This document shows, one piece after another, positions 1-10,097 of a DNA stretch of 64,000 nucleotides. Every line of letters begins with the position of its first letter. The first letter of the stretch is position 1. The notes under the pieces are model-generated. The model saw only the letters and a list, made by a program, of their open reading frames with translations. It ran no database searches and was not told where the DNA came from. The stretch is from assembly GCA_047602405.1 (NCBI GenBank), contig JASGHJ010000001.1:864001-928000 (forward strand). The letters run 5' to 3'. The stretch comes from Anaeromyxobacteraceae bacterium. Lineage in GTDB: Bacteria > Myxococcota > Myxococcia > Myxococcales > Anaeromyxobacteraceae. Both the position numbers and the translations under genes were made by a program.

Positions 1-108
1 CTCACCCGGGGCGCCGCGCTCGCGATCGCGGGCGGCCTCGTCGCGCTCGCGGCCACGGACGCGGTCATCGGCGCCCGTTACGTCGGGCGGTGCCGGGTCA
101 CCCGCCGC

Positions 109-1473
109 GTGCTCCCGGCGGTGGCGGCGCTCCTCCTCCTCGGCTTCACCGAGCGCGTCTACGGGCAGGTGCTCGCCTACCGCGGCGGGCCGGCGCTCTT
201 CGCGGCGGGGGGCGTGTTGCCGCTGCAGGTGCCGATCCGGATGGGCCACCTCCTCGGCCTCGTGCTCGGGCAGCGCGACGTGCCCGGCACGCTCGCGGCG
301 GCGCAGCCCGGCGGGGCGCTGCCGCCGGGACTCCCGCCCGGCGAGGTGCGCTTCACCCGCACGCCGGACGTGCTCTTCGTGCTCACCGAGAGCCTGCCGC
401 ACGATCACCTCGACGCCCGGACGATGCCCCACCTCTGGGAGCGGGCCGCCCGCGGCGCGCGCTTCACGCGGCACTACAGCTCCGCGCCCGCCACGGCGTT
501 CGCCGTCTTCTCGACCTTCTACGGGCTGCAGGCGCAGAAGCTCGAGGCCACGGTCGGGGCCGGCCGCCGGCCGCTCGTCTTCGACGCGTTCCGCGCGAAC
601 GGCTACGACGTGCACGCGCTCGCGGCCTCCTGCGTGGACTGGATGGACCTGAAGCAGACCGTGTTCGGCGGGCTGTCGTCCCGGCTCGAGACCTGGTGCG
701 ACGCGCCCGGGCTCGGCCGCGACCTCGAGATGGTCGCACGCGCGCGCGCGATCGCGGCGGACACGCCGCCGGACCGGCCGCTCTTCCTGTTCCTCTTCTT
801 CAACGCGACGCACTTCACCTACCCCCGGGCGGACGAGGACGTGGTCTTCCTCCCGGAGTGGGACGGATCGGGCGGCTTCAAGTCCACGACCGCCGACCCC
901 GCCACCATCCGCAACCGCGCCCGCAACGCGGCGCACACCGTGGACCGGCTGCTCGACGGGCTCCTCGCCGACCTCGAGCGCGGCCGGGGCGCCGCGCCGC
1001 TCGTCGTCTTCACCGGCGACCACGGCGAGGAGTTCCGGCAGAAGGGCCACCTCGGCCACGGCTCCGACGTCGACGACGAGCAGATCCACGTCCCGCTCGT
1101 CGTCACCGGGCCCGGCGTGCCGGCGGGTGTGTTCACCGCGCCGACGAGCCACGTGGACCTCGTGCCGACGCTCCTCGCGCTGCTCGGCGACCGGCACCCG
1201 CCCGCGCGCTACGCCGACGGCCTCGACGCGTTCGCGGCGGCGCCGGACCGGTTCGTGCTCGCCACGGTGGGCTGGGAGCCGCGCTACGCGGCGATCGGGG
1301 CCGACCTCAAGGTGCGCACCTGGGCCGGCTCGCCGGCGCCGGACTACACCGACCTCGACGACCGGCCCGTCCCGGACGGCGGCGCCCGGGCCGCGGCCCG
1401 CGCCGGGGCGATCCTGAGGGCGCTGCGGGGCGGCGGCGGAGCGGAGAGCGGCGCGGACTACTCGCCGAGGTAG
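109..1473 (+). CDS. Sulfatase-like / alkaline phosphatase superfamily membrane-associated hydrolase (YejM/LTA-synthase-like); true start probably lies upstream of the window
   Basis: Motifs FVLTESL..D, HYSS, GDHGEEF..GHG and TSHVDLVPTLL; hydrophobic N-terminus; frame is open back to the window edge. Confidence 0.75.
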   Translation: MLPAVAALLLLGFTERVYGQVLAYRGGPALFAAGGVLPLQVPIRMGHLLGLVLGQRDVPGTLAAAQPGGALPPGLPPGEVRFTRTPDVLFVLTESLPHDHLDARTMPHLWERAARGARFTRHYSSAPATAFAVFSTFYGLQAQKLEATVGAGRRPLVFDAFRANGYDVHALAASCVDWMDLKQTVFGGLSSRLETWCDAPGLGRDLEMVARARAIAADTPPDRPLFLFLFFNATHFTYPRADEDVVFLPEWDGSGGFKSTTADPATIRNRARNAAHTVDRLLDGLLADLERGRGAAPLVVFTGDHGEEFRQKGHLGHGSDVDDEQIHVPLVVTGPGVPAGVFTAPTSHVDLVPTLLALLGDRHPPARYADGLDAFAAAPDRFVLATVGWEPRYAAIGADLKVRTWAGSPAPDYTDLDDRPVPDGGARAAARAGAILRALRGGGGAESGADYSPR

Positions 1474-2228
1474 GCCCTGCGGACCTCGGGGCTCGCGAGG
1501 AGCTCCTGGCCGGTGCCGGTCATCACGACGTTGCCGGTCTCGAGCACGTAGGCGCGGTGCGCGAGCTGGAGCGCCTTGTGCGCGTTCTGCTCCACGAGGA
1601 GCAGCGCGACGCCGGCCTGGTTCACCTCGCGCAGCACGCCGAAGATGCGCTCGACGACCTGCGGGGCGAGGCCGAGCGACGGCTCGTCGAGCAGGAGCAG
1701 CTTCGGCCGGCTCATCATCGCCCGCGCGACCGCGAGCATCTGCTGCTCGCCGCCGGAGAGCGTGCCGGCGACCTGCGCGCGGCGCTCGGCGAGGATGGGG
1801 AAGAGCGCGTACTGCTTCTCGGCGTCGGCGGCGATGCCGGGCTTGTCGCTCCGGAGGAACGCGCCGAGCTCGAGGTTCTCCTTCACCGTGAGGTTCAGGA
1901 AGATCCCGCGCCCCTCCGGCGCGTGCGCCATGCCGCGCGCGACGCACGCGTGCGAGGGGAGCCCGGTGATCTCCTCGCCGCGGAAGGTGATGGAGCCGCC
2001 GGACGGGCGGAGCATCTTGGAGACCGCGCGGAGCGTGGTGGTCTTGCCGGCGCCGTTCGCGCCGATCAGCGCCACGACCTGGCCCTCGTCGACCGTGAGG
2101 GAGACGCCGCGCAGGGCCTCGATGGCGCCGTAGTGGACCTTGAGGTCCTTGACGGTGAGGATCGGACGCCCCTCGTCTCCGGCCTGCTTCGCAGGCCTAC
2201 GCTCGGGGCTGACGGGGGTGGTGTTCAT
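1458..2228 (-). CDS. livF: Branched-chain amino acid ABC transporter ATP-binding protein LivF
   Basis: Walker A GANGAGKTT, LSGGEQQM signature, LLLDEPSLGLAP, C-terminal AYLG; last gene of liv operon. Confidence 0.93.
   Translation of the reverse strand: MNTTPVSPERRPAKQAGDEGRPILTVKDLKVHYGAIEALRGVSLTVDEGQVVALIGANGAGKTTTLRAVSKMLRPSGGSITFRGEEITGLPSHACVARGMAHAPEGRGIFLNLTVKENLELGAFLRSDKPGIAADAEKQYALFPILAERRAQVAGTLSGGEQQMLAVARAMMSRPKLLLLDEPSLGLAPQVVERIFGVLREVNQAGVALLLVEQNAHKALQLAHRAYVLETGNVVMTGTGQELLASPEVRRAYLGE
2170..2215 (+). repeat. REP-like palindromic element, copy 1 (inside the 5' coding region of livF)
   Basis: CCCTCGTCTCCG-GCCTGC TTC GCAGGC-CTACGCTCGGGGCTGACGG; matches the other copies. Confidence 0.7.
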
Positions 2229-2259
2229 GGGGTTGCGCCGCCCGGCACGGTGTCGGTGT

Positions 2260-3087
2260 TCATGGGGTTGCGTTCCCCGGCGCGCCGCCCGGCACCGCGA
2301 GCTTCTTCTCCTCGAGGTAGGCGTCGCCGAGGTACGCCTCGATGACCTTCGGGTCGCGCCGCACCGCGGCCGGGTCGCCGCGGGCGATCGTCACGCCGTG
2401 GTCGAGCACGAGCAGGCGCTCGGAGACGCCCATCACGAGCTTCATGTCGTGCTCGATGACGAGGATCGCGAGGCCGAACCGGTCGCGGATGGACCGGATG
2501 AGCGCCATGAGGTCGTTCTTCTCGGCGGCGTTCATGCCGGCGGCGGGCTCGTCGAGGCAGAGCACCTTCGGGCCGGTCGCGAGCGCGCGGGCGATCTCGA
2601 GCCGGCGCTGCTCGCCGTAGGGGAGGTTCTTCGCGAGCTCGTCCCGGCGGTGGGAGAGCCCCATGACCCCGAGGAACTCCTCGGCGCGGGCGAGGATGCG
2701 GGCCTCCTCGACGCCGTGCTTGCCGGTGAGGAAGAGCGCGTGGAAGAAGCCGGTCGCGGCCTTCGCGTGGCAGGCCACCCGCACGTTGTCGAGCGCGGTG
2801 AGCTCCTTGAAGAGCCGGATGTTCTGGAAGGTGCGGGCGACCCCGCGCCCGCAGATCTCGTGGGGCCGCAGGCCGTTCACGAGCTCGCCGCCCACCCGGA
2901 CCTCGCCGGAGGTGGGCGCGTAGACGCCGGTGATGGCGTTGAAGGCGGTGGTCTTGCCGGCGCCGTTCGGGCCGATGAGCCCGACGAGCTCGCCGGGCTG
3001 CATGACGAGGTCGAACTCGGCGAGGGCCTTGAGCCCCCCGAACTGCATCGTGACGCCCTTGACCTCCAGCGGGGCGGGCGCGCTCAC
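2260..3087 (-). CDS. livG: Branched-chain amino acid ABC transporter ATP-binding protein LivG
   Basis: GPNGAGKTT, RTFQNIRLF, LPYGEQRRLEIARAL, VIEAYLG; GTG at 3087 overlaps the livM stop (GTGA). Confidence 0.93.
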   Translation of the reverse strand: MSAPAPLEVKGVTMQFGGLKALAEFDLVMQPGELVGLIGPNGAGKTTAFNAITGVYAPTSGEVRVGGELVNGLRPHEICGRGVARTFQNIRLFKELTALDNVRVACHAKAATGFFHALFLTGKHGVEEARILARAEEFLGVMGLSHRRDELAKNLPYGEQRRLEIARALATGPKVLCLDEPAAGMNAAEKNDLMALIRSIRDRFGLAILVIEHDMKLVMGVSERLLVLDHGVTIARGDPAAVRRDPKVIEAYLGDAYLEEKKLAVPGGAPGNATP

Positions 3088-4085
3088 GCGGCACCTCCCG
3101 GCTTCGCCCAGGGCAGCCGCTTCCAGACCGGCAGGTGCCACAGCTCGCGGGTGCCGAAGAGCCCCTGCGGCCGCGCGAGCATGAGCACGATGAGAAGGGC
3201 CGCGTAGCCGACCATGCGGTACTGGTCGACGCCGCGCAGGCGCTCGAGGAGCCAGGTGAGGGTCACGGCGGAGATGATGGAGCCGGTGATGGAGCCGAGG
3301 CCGCCGAGCACGACGAAGACCACGACCTCGATCGACTTCACGAAGTTGAAGGAGCGCGGCGTCGCGAGCTGGAGGAAGTGGACGAGGAGCCCGCCGGCGA
3401 GGCCGGCGTAGGCGGACGAGATTACGAAGGCCCGCACCTTGTAGCCGACGGTGTCGACGCCCATCGCCTCGGCGGCGATCTCGTCCTCGCGGATGGCGAA
3501 GAGCGCGCGCCCCTCGGAGGAGGCCGAGAGCCGCCGCGCCATGATCACGGTCGCGATGACGCCGGCGCCCACCCAGGTGAGGTTCGTGTGCTTCGGGAGC
3601 CCGGAGAGGCCGGTCGCCTGGCCGAGGAACTTCAGGTTCTCGATGATCGACCGGATGATCTCGCCGAAGCCGAGCGTCACGATGGCGAGGTAGTCGCCGC
3701 GCAGGCGGAGCGACGGGAGCCCGACGAGGAGCCCGGCCAGCGCCGCCATGCCCATCCCGGCCGCGAGCGCGAGCGCGAAGATCACGTGGTCGCTCATCGC
3801 CTCGGGCAGGAAGGCGAGCTGCACGTCGGCGAGCGCGAGGGTGATCTTCGCCGAGGTGTACGCGCCCACCGCCATGAAGCCGGCGTGGCCGAGCGAGAAC
3901 TGCCCGGTGAAGCCGTTCACGACGTTGAGCGAGACCGCGAGGATGACCGCGATGCCGATGTTGACGAGCTCGTAGACGAGCGCGGTGGCCCCCGCCGCCT
4001 CGAGCGAGCGCTGGGCGAGGAGCAGGATCGGGATCCCGACCAGGAACGGCAGCGTCGAGCGGAGGAAGACCTTGAGGGACGCCAC
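3084..4085 (-). CDS. livM: Branched-chain amino acid ABC transporter permease LivM
   Basis: GQFSLGHAGF, LRLRGDYLAIVTLGFGEI, AIREDEIAAEAMG. Confidence 0.92.
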   Translation of the reverse strand: MASLKVFLRSTLPFLVGIPILLLAQRSLEAAGATALVYELVNIGIAVILAVSLNVVNGFTGQFSLGHAGFMAVGAYTSAKITLALADVQLAFLPEAMSDHVIFALALAAGMGMAALAGLLVGLPSLRLRGDYLAIVTLGFGEIIRSIIENLKFLGQATGLSGLPKHTNLTWVGAGVIATVIMARRLSASSEGRALFAIREDEIAAEAMGVDTVGYKVRAFVISSAYAGLAGGLLVHFLQLATPRSFNFVKSIEVVVFVVLGGLGSITGSIISAVTLTWLLERLRGVDQYRMVGYAALLIVLMLARPQGLFGTRELWHLPVWKRLPWAKPGGAA

Positions 4086-5018
4086 CTAGACCTTCTCCAC
4101 CGTGACGCGGCCGAAGAGCCCCTCGGGCCGGAAGAGGAGGACGAGGATCAGGATCGTGAAGGCGATCGCGTCGCGGTACGAGGACAGCGCGTAGCCCGCG
4201 ACGTACTCCTCGGCGAGCCCGAGCATGAGCCCGCCCGCCATCGCGCCCGGCACGCTGCCGATGCCGCCGAGCACCGCGGCGACGAAGGCCTTCAGGCCCG
4301 GCATGAGCCCGAAGAGGGGATCGATCTTGTAGCGGGAGACGCCGTTGATGATGCCGGCGGCGGCGGCGAGCATCGAGCCGAGCACGAAGGTGCCGGAGAT
4401 GATCCGGTTGACCGGGATCCCCATCAGCCCCGCGACGTTCGGGTCGAACGAGACCGCGCGCATCGCGGTGCCGAACTTCGTCCGGTAGACGATGAACTGC
4501 AGCGCGATCATGAGCCCGACCGCGACCGCGAAGCCGACGAGGTCGTAGTTGGACACGTTCACGCCGCCGAGGATCGTCCAGGACCGGTACTCGACGAGCG
4601 ACGGGAAGAAGCGCGGCGTGGGGCCGGGCGGGAACTCGATCGGGCCCGAGGTGAGCGGCCGCAGCTGGAAGCCGTACTCGAGCAGGAAGGAGACGCCGAT
4701 CGCGGTGATGAGCGAGGTGAGCCGCGGGCGCGAGCGGAGCGGCCGGTAGGCGAGCCGCTCGATGAGGTACCCGAGGAGCCCGCAGACGAGCATCGAGCCC
4801 AGGGTGACCGCGAGCGCCTTCGACAGGCTGGGCGCGTCGGTCACGCCGAGGCCGGTCGCGAGGTAGTACCCGGCGAAGGCGCCCACCATGTAGACGTCGC
4901 CGTGGGCGAAGTTGATGAGCTTCAGGACGCCGTAGACCATCGTGTAGCCCAGCGCGATGAGGGCGTAGATGGTCCCGAGCGAGAGCCCGTTGAAGAGGTG
5001 CTGGAGGAACTCGGTCAC
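4086..5018 (-). CDS. livH: Branched-chain amino acid ABC transporter permease LivH
   Basis: YALIALGYTMVYGVLKLINFAHG, KAFVAAVLGGIGS; GTG at 5018 overlaps the livK stop. Confidence 0.92.
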   Translation of the reverse strand: MTEFLQHLFNGLSLGTIYALIALGYTMVYGVLKLINFAHGDVYMVGAFAGYYLATGLGVTDAPSLSKALAVTLGSMLVCGLLGYLIERLAYRPLRSRPRLTSLITAIGVSFLLEYGFQLRPLTSGPIEFPPGPTPRFFPSLVEYRSWTILGGVNVSNYDLVGFAVAVGLMIALQFIVYRTKFGTAMRAVSFDPNVAGLMGIPVNRIISGTFVLGSMLAAAAGIINGVSRYKIDPLFGLMPGLKAFVAAVLGGIGSVPGAMAGGLMLGLAEEYVAGYALSSYRDAIAFTILILVLLFRPEGLFGRVTVEKV

Positions 5019-6238
5019 TTGGTCGCGGTGGCCGGAGCGTCCGGCTGGATCGTCGCCACGTACTTGCCGACCCCGTCCTTGATGCCGAGGACGACGGCGG
5101 GCTTCACGGCGTTGTGGTCGGCGTCGATGGTGATGACGCCCGTGACGCCCTGGAAGTCCTTCGTGGCGGCGATCGCGGCGGCGAGCGCCGGGCCGGAGGC
5201 GTCCTTCGCGCGCCCGAGCGCCTCGATCGCGATCTTGGCGGCGTCGTAGCCGGTGGCGGCGAGGCCGTCCGGGACCGCCTTGTAGCGGGCCTGGTACTTC
5301 TTCACGAAGTCCTGGATGCGCGGCGCGGGATCCTCGGGCGAGTAGTGGTTCGAGAAGTACGAGCCCTCGAGCGCCTTCCCGCCGATCTCGAAGAGCTTCG
5401 GCGAGTCCCACCCGTCGCCGCCCATGAGCGGCGCCTTGATGCCGAGCTCGCGCGCCTGCCGCGCGATGAGGCCGACGTGCGTGTAGTAGCCGGGCACGTA
5501 GATGCCGTCGGGGTTCTTCGCCTTGATGGCGGTGAGCTGCGCCTTGAAGTCGGAGTCGGTGTCCTTGTAGCTCTGGTCGTCGACGATCGTCCCGCCGAGC
5601 TCCTTGAACTTGGTCAGGAAGAAGTCGGCGAGCCCCACCGAGTAGTCGCTGCCCACGTCGCGGAGCACCGCGACCTTCGAGAGCTTCAGGTTCTCGCGGG
5701 CGAACTTCGCCATCACGGTGCCCTGGAAGGGGTCGATGAAGCACACGCGGAAGACGAACGGCCGGGTGCGCGCGCCGTCCTTCGTGACCTTCTGGTTGGT
5801 CGACGAGGGCGTGATCATCGGGACCTGGTTCGCGTCGGCGATCGGCGCCATCGCGAGCGAGCGCGTGGAGGCGACCTCGCCGAGGAGGACCGCGACCTTG
5901 TCCTGGACGATGAGCCGGGTGGCCGCGACGGCGGACTCCTCCGGCTTGCCCTGGTTGTCGTAGGTCTTCACCTCCAGCGTACGGCCGTTCACGCCGCCTT
6001 TGGCGTTCACCTCGTCGACCGCGAGGGCGATGCCCTTGTCGGTCGAGTCGCCGAAGGTCGCCTCGGTGCCGGTGAGGGACGCGACGTGGCCGATCAGGAT
6101 GCGGCCGGTGCTCGGGGCGGCGGACGGGGCGGCGGCAGCGCCGGGCTCGGGCGTCGCGCCGGCGGACTTCTTCTGCTCGCAGGCCACGAGGGCGACGAGC
6201 GCCACGGCGAGGGCGGGCAGCGCACGGGGGTTGCGCAT
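5015..6238 (-). CDS. livK: Branched-chain amino acid ABC transporter substrate-binding lipoprotein (LivK/LivJ family)
   Basis: Lipobox-like LVAC; SLTG..A.FG, FRVCFIDPFQG and GGDGW motifs; first gene of operon. Confidence 0.88.
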   Translation of the reverse strand: MRNPRALPALAVALVALVACEQKKSAGATPEPGAAAAPSAAPSTGRILIGHVASLTGTEATFGDSTDKGIALAVDEVNAKGGVNGRTLEVKTYDNQGKPEESAVAATRLIVQDKVAVLLGEVASTRSLAMAPIADANQVPMITPSSTNQKVTKDGARTRPFVFRVCFIDPFQGTVMAKFARENLKLSKVAVLRDVGSDYSVGLADFFLTKFKELGGTIVDDQSYKDTDSDFKAQLTAIKAKNPDGIYVPGYYTHVGLIARQARELGIKAPLMGGDGWDSPKLFEIGGKALEGSYFSNHYSPEDPAPRIQDFVKKYQARYKAVPDGLAATGYDAAKIAIEALGRAKDASGPALAAAIAATKDFQGVTGVITIDADHNAVKPAVVLGIKDGVGKYVATIQPDAPATATK

Positions 6239-6325
6239 CGGGTGCCTCCGAAGGGACCGAAAGGACCTGGAAATCGAGGCTACTTGTTAGCACGGGGTGG
6301 GTCCTTCGGCCACCCTCGACGCACG

Positions 6326-6354
6326 TTGATCCCCCGCCCACACGGCCGTATCGT
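6326..6354 (+). promoter_or_regulatory. Putative sigma70-type promoter for the response regulator gene
   Basis: TTGATC (6326-6331), 17-nt spacer, TATCGT (6349-6354), 9 nt upstream of GTG 6364. Confidence 0.5.
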
Positions 6355-6363
6355 GCGGGCTCC

Positions 6364-7735
6364 GTGGCGCACCGGATCCTCATCGTCGACGACAACCAGG
6401 AGCTGCTCAACCTCCTCGCCCGACTCATGGAGGCGGAGGGGTGGATCCCCGTGCCGGCCGCGAAGGGGCGGCTCGCCATCGACAAGATCGCGACGGAGCG
6501 GCCCTCGGTCGCCATCGTCGACGTCCTCCTGCCCGACATGATGGGCTACGAGGTCGGCCAGGCGCTCAAGCAGGCCGGGGTCCCGTACGTCTTCATGACC
6601 GGCGTCTTCAAGGGCGGCCGGGCGGCCACCGACGCGCGCACCCAGTACGGGGCGTCCGGCTACTTCGAGAAGCCCTTCGAGGCGAAGAAGCTCGTCGACG
6701 CACTGCGGGTCCTCATGCCCGCCCTGACCCCCGCGCCGGGTGTGGACGAGGAGCCCGCGCGGGCGGACTTCGACGTCGAGGTCGCGGTCGACAACGACGA
6801 GCCGGTCCAGGGCATCGACCTCACCGGCAAGGTGACGGTCACCGAGGACGGGAAGATCTCGGCGGTGCTGTCCGGCGACACGGTGCGGGTGAGCGCGGTG
6901 CCGATGCGGCCCGGCGCGAGGCCGACCCCGGCGCCCGAGCCCGAGCCGCCCGAGGTGGAGCTCGAGCTCACGCCCGCCGACGACGAGCCCCCGGGTCCCG
7001 CTCCGGCCGCGGCCGCGAGGGCGTCCGCGCCGAACGTCGCCGCCGAGGGCCGGCTGCAGGACAACCTGCCCGAGCTGATCACCGCCTTCTACCTCGCCCA
7101 GCAGACGGGTGAGCTCACGCTCCAGCGCAACAAGGTCAGGAAGACGATCTACTTCGAGAAGGGGCGGCCCTGCTTCGCCATCTCGAACCTCGTCTCCGAC
7201 CGCTTCGGCCCGTTCCTCGTGCGGGTCGGCAAGATCAGCTCCGCGCAGCTCGAGCTCTGCCAGGCCGCCGCCGACAAGACCGGCCGCCGCACCGGCGACG
7301 TGCTCGTGGAGATGGGGCTCCTCAAGGACACCGAGAAGCTCTACTACGTCGCACAGCAGGTGAAGGCGATCGTCTACTCGACCTTCGGCTGGGAGACCGG
7401 CGAGTTCCGGATCCACTTCGCCGACAAGGCCGCGCAGGAGGCGATCAAGAATCGACCTCCACCCCGCGAACCTGATCACCCGCGGCGTGAAGAAGCTCTA
7501 CAAGCCCGAGCGGCTGTTCCGGCTGATCTCGCCGGAGGACCACCTCATCCCCTCCCAGCAGCCGAACTACGCGCTCTACGAGGTGGAGCTCGATCGCTGG
7601 GAGGCGGAGCTGCTCCCGAAGATCGACGGGACGCGCACGGTCGCCGAGCTGATCCACCTCGCCCAGCGGCCCGAGCACGCGCTGTACGGGTTCCTGGTCG
7701 GGATGGTCGCGCTCAAGATCCTCGAGCGCCGGTAG
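6364..7735 (+). CDS. Response regulator: receiver domain, Pro/acidic linker and DUF4388-like C-terminal domain; apparent +1 frameshift at ~7450
   Basis: RILIVDD...IVDVLLPDMMG...YFEKPF receiver; TGELTL..K.IYFEKG output region; removing one A at 7449-7453 joins ORF 6364 to ORF 7487-7735 (AIKIDLHPANLITRGVKKLY). Confidence 0.8.
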
Positions 7736-8327
7736 CGCGCTCGACCTTGCGGAGCGAGAGCTCCGCCTCCTGCCGCACCTGGGCGTCGGCGTCGTGCGTG
7801 AGCTCCCGCAGCCGCGCAAGCGCTCGCGCCCGGAGGTCCTCCCGCCCGCAGCCCACGATGAGCGTCTCCAGTCCGTGCGGGACGAGGGCGCGCGCAGACG
7901 TCTGCGCGGTGCGAGAGAGCTCGACGAGCGCTGCGAGGGCGGGCTCGTCGGAGTAGCGGCGGCCGAGGAGCTCCGCGATGACGAAGGCGCCCATGAAGTC
8001 ACCGTGCTCGTCAAAGGCAGCGACGAGTGGCCCGCGGAGCGCCTCGCGCTGCGGGCCGGTCAGGAGCGGCCAAGCGTCGTCCAGGAAGTAGCAGAGCTTC
8101 CAGGAGTCCTCGAGGGCCAGGTAGTCCGGGCGCGCGAGGAGCCCGCGGATCCGGTCGATGGCCGCGTCGGGCAGCTCGGCGCACAGGCTCGCGTTTGTGC
8201 TCAGCTCGAGGGCGAGCGCGTGGAGCAAAGCGGACTCGTGTGCGTCGGCCGCCGCGGCGAGGTCCACCAGGATCGTCTCGATGTCACGCATCGTGGTGGA
8301 CGGGGTCAGCCAGGCTGCGCCTTCCAT
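7713..8327 (-). CDS. Hypothetical helical protein with a HEAT-like C-terminal repeat
   Basis: ORF 7713..8399 with ATG 8327 preceded by GAGGAAGG; ends LRELTHDADAQVRQEAELSL. Confidence 0.6.
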   Translation of the reverse strand: MEGAAWLTPSTTMRDIETILVDLAAAADAHESALLHALALELSTNASLCAELPDAAIDRIRGLLARPDYLALEDSWKLCYFLDDAWPLLTGPQREALRGPLVAAFDEHGDFMGAFVIAELLGRRYSDEPALAALVELSRTAQTSARALVPHGLETLIVGCGREDLRARALARLRELTHDADAQVRQEAELSLRKVERATGARGS

Positions 8328-8740
8328 GCGACCCTTCCTCCTCGAGCCGGTGTTCCGGTCGTCGGTGACGAACGAGCGCCTCCGGTCGCTCGGGAGCACG
8401 CGTCCTCACATGCAGCGTACTCCTTCGCGCCGAGCCCTGCGACGAGCTGGCGGAGCTCTCGGCCGAGGTCATCGAGGACCGGGGTGACCTCGGTGCGCGA
8501 GGCCAGCAGGTGGTCAGGCTGGCCGTCACGGATCCCATGCTCCGCGGTGAGTACTTCGAGGTCGAGGTGCCGGTGGAGTGGCTGGCCAATCCACCGGCCC
8601 GCGCTCGCCAGTAGTCACGGCGGCGCTCATCACACAGTCAGGCCCGCTCGCGTCCCAAGAGCGCTCCTCGGCGAACTGCCAGCTTCGTCCACTGCCCCGG
8701 ACCGTGCGCACGACCAGTGCAATGCGCACCTTTCGGGGCG

Positions 8741-9757
8741 GTGCAGCTCCTCGACCTCGTCTTCGGCCTCTGGGCCGGCGGTCCACGGTTCTTCGCCGAC
8801 GGCTGGGGCGACGTCGCGGTGTACGAGCGGCTCGCGCCGCAGATGCTCGCGGCGCGGAAGATCCCGCCGGCGCGGATGACCCTCGGGCCGGCGCGGCCCT
8901 CGCTCGGCGGGCTCCTCGCGGAGGGCACCTTCCCAAGCCCGGAGCGCAGGCTGCCGAAGGGCTCGCGCACGGCGCGGGTGCGGCTCCTCCTGCCGCGCGG
9001 GAAGGTCCGGGGCGTCGCGCTCTACCTCGCGGCCTCGGGCGATCAGGGCTTCGCCGTGCGCCTGCCCTTCGCGGCGCCGCTCCTCGAGCACGGGCTCGGC
9101 GCGCTCGTGCTCGAGAACGCGTTCTACGGCTCGCGCCGGCCGGCGGCGCAGCACGCACACGCGGTCAGGTCGGTGCGCGCGCTCGGCCTCATGGCCGCGG
9201 CGACGCTCCAGGAGGGCCGCGCGCTCCTGCGCTGGCTGCACGAGGTCCGCGGCGTCGAGCGCGTGGGCGTCACCGGCTACAGCATGGGCGGTCAGCTCGC
9301 GGCGATGGTGGGCGCGGCGACACCGTTCCCGGTGGCGATCGTCCCGATCGCGGCGAGCTTCTCGCCGGACTCGGTGCTGCGCGAGGGCGTGCTCCGGGAC
9401 GTGCCGGACTGGACCGCGCTCGGCGGCCGGGACGTCCGCGAGCGGCTCCTCGAGACGGTGGCGCCGTTCTCGGTGGGCGCGCTGCCGCCGCCGGTGGAGC
9501 CTCGCGCGGCGATCGTGGTCGGGACCGCGTTCGACGGCGTCGTACCGCCGCAGGAGATGGTGAAGCTCGCGCACCACTGGCGGGGCTCGGAGCTCCGGTG
9601 GCTGCCCGCGGGGCACGTGAGCGCGGTGCTCCGGCACCAGCCGGCGATGCGGGAGGCCGTGCGGGACGCGTTCGAGCGGCTGGAGCAAACGGCGGTCGGC
9701 CGGGGCACGGACCTCCGGACGCGGCGCGGACGTCCATCGGCGACGCCCTCCTTGTGA
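8741..9757 (+). CDS. Alpha/beta hydrolase (ABHD18/DUF2048-like)
   Basis: FFADGWG, LENAFYGSRRP, nucleophile elbow GYSMGG, DGVVP, GHVSA. Confidence 0.8.
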   Translation: MQLLDLVFGLWAGGPRFFADGWGDVAVYERLAPQMLAARKIPPARMTLGPARPSLGGLLAEGTFPSPERRLPKGSRTARVRLLLPRGKVRGVALYLAASGDQGFAVRLPFAAPLLEHGLGALVLENAFYGSRRPAAQHAHAVRSVRALGLMAAATLQEGRALLRWLHEVRGVERVGVTGYSMGGQLAAMVGAATPFPVAIVPIAASFSPDSVLREGVLRDVPDWTALGGRDVRERLLETVAPFSVGALPPPVEPRAAIVVGTAFDGVVPPQEMVKLAHHWRGSELRWLPAGHVSAVLRHQPAMREAVRDAFERLEQTAVGRGTDLRTRRGRPSATPSL

Positions 9758-9851
9758 TCTCGGTAGCTTCCCCTGGCACGGTCCGTGCGATCGCCCGGGA
9801 CTGGGGGCGGGTATGCCGCTCCGCACGCCCGGAGCTAGAATGAATCTCTCG

Positions 9852-10097
9852 ATGCGCGCCTTGAAGGCACACGTGAAGTCCGGCCGGCTGATACTCGACG
9901 AGCCTACGGATCGGCCCGAAGGCGAGGAGGTCCAGCTCGTTCCCCTCGACGAGGTACTGCTCGCCGGCGGCGACGGACTGGACTCGGCCGAGCGCGAGCG
10001 GCTTCACGAGTCGCTGCGGGAGAGCATCCGCCAGATGAGGGCCGGCCAGACCATCGACTCGGCCACGGTGCTCGAGCGTCTTCGCTCCCGGCGATGA
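9852..10097 (+). CDS. Putative antitoxin
   Basis: Small protein MRALKAHVKSGRLILDEPTD...; stop overlaps the toxin start (ATGA); TAGAAT 10 nt upstream. Confidence 0.65.
   Translation: MRALKAHVKSGRLILDEPTDRPEGEEVQLVPLDEVLLAGGDGLDSAERERLHESLRESIRQMRAGQTIDSATVLERLRSRR

Noticed and set aside
90..2345. Long Arg/Pro/Gly-rich ORFs such as 90-2345, 3135-5249, 17560-20634, 22924-24867 and 29623-31185
   Set aside because: Alternative-frame or antisense shadows of real genes, expected in very GC-rich DNA; no recognisable motifs.
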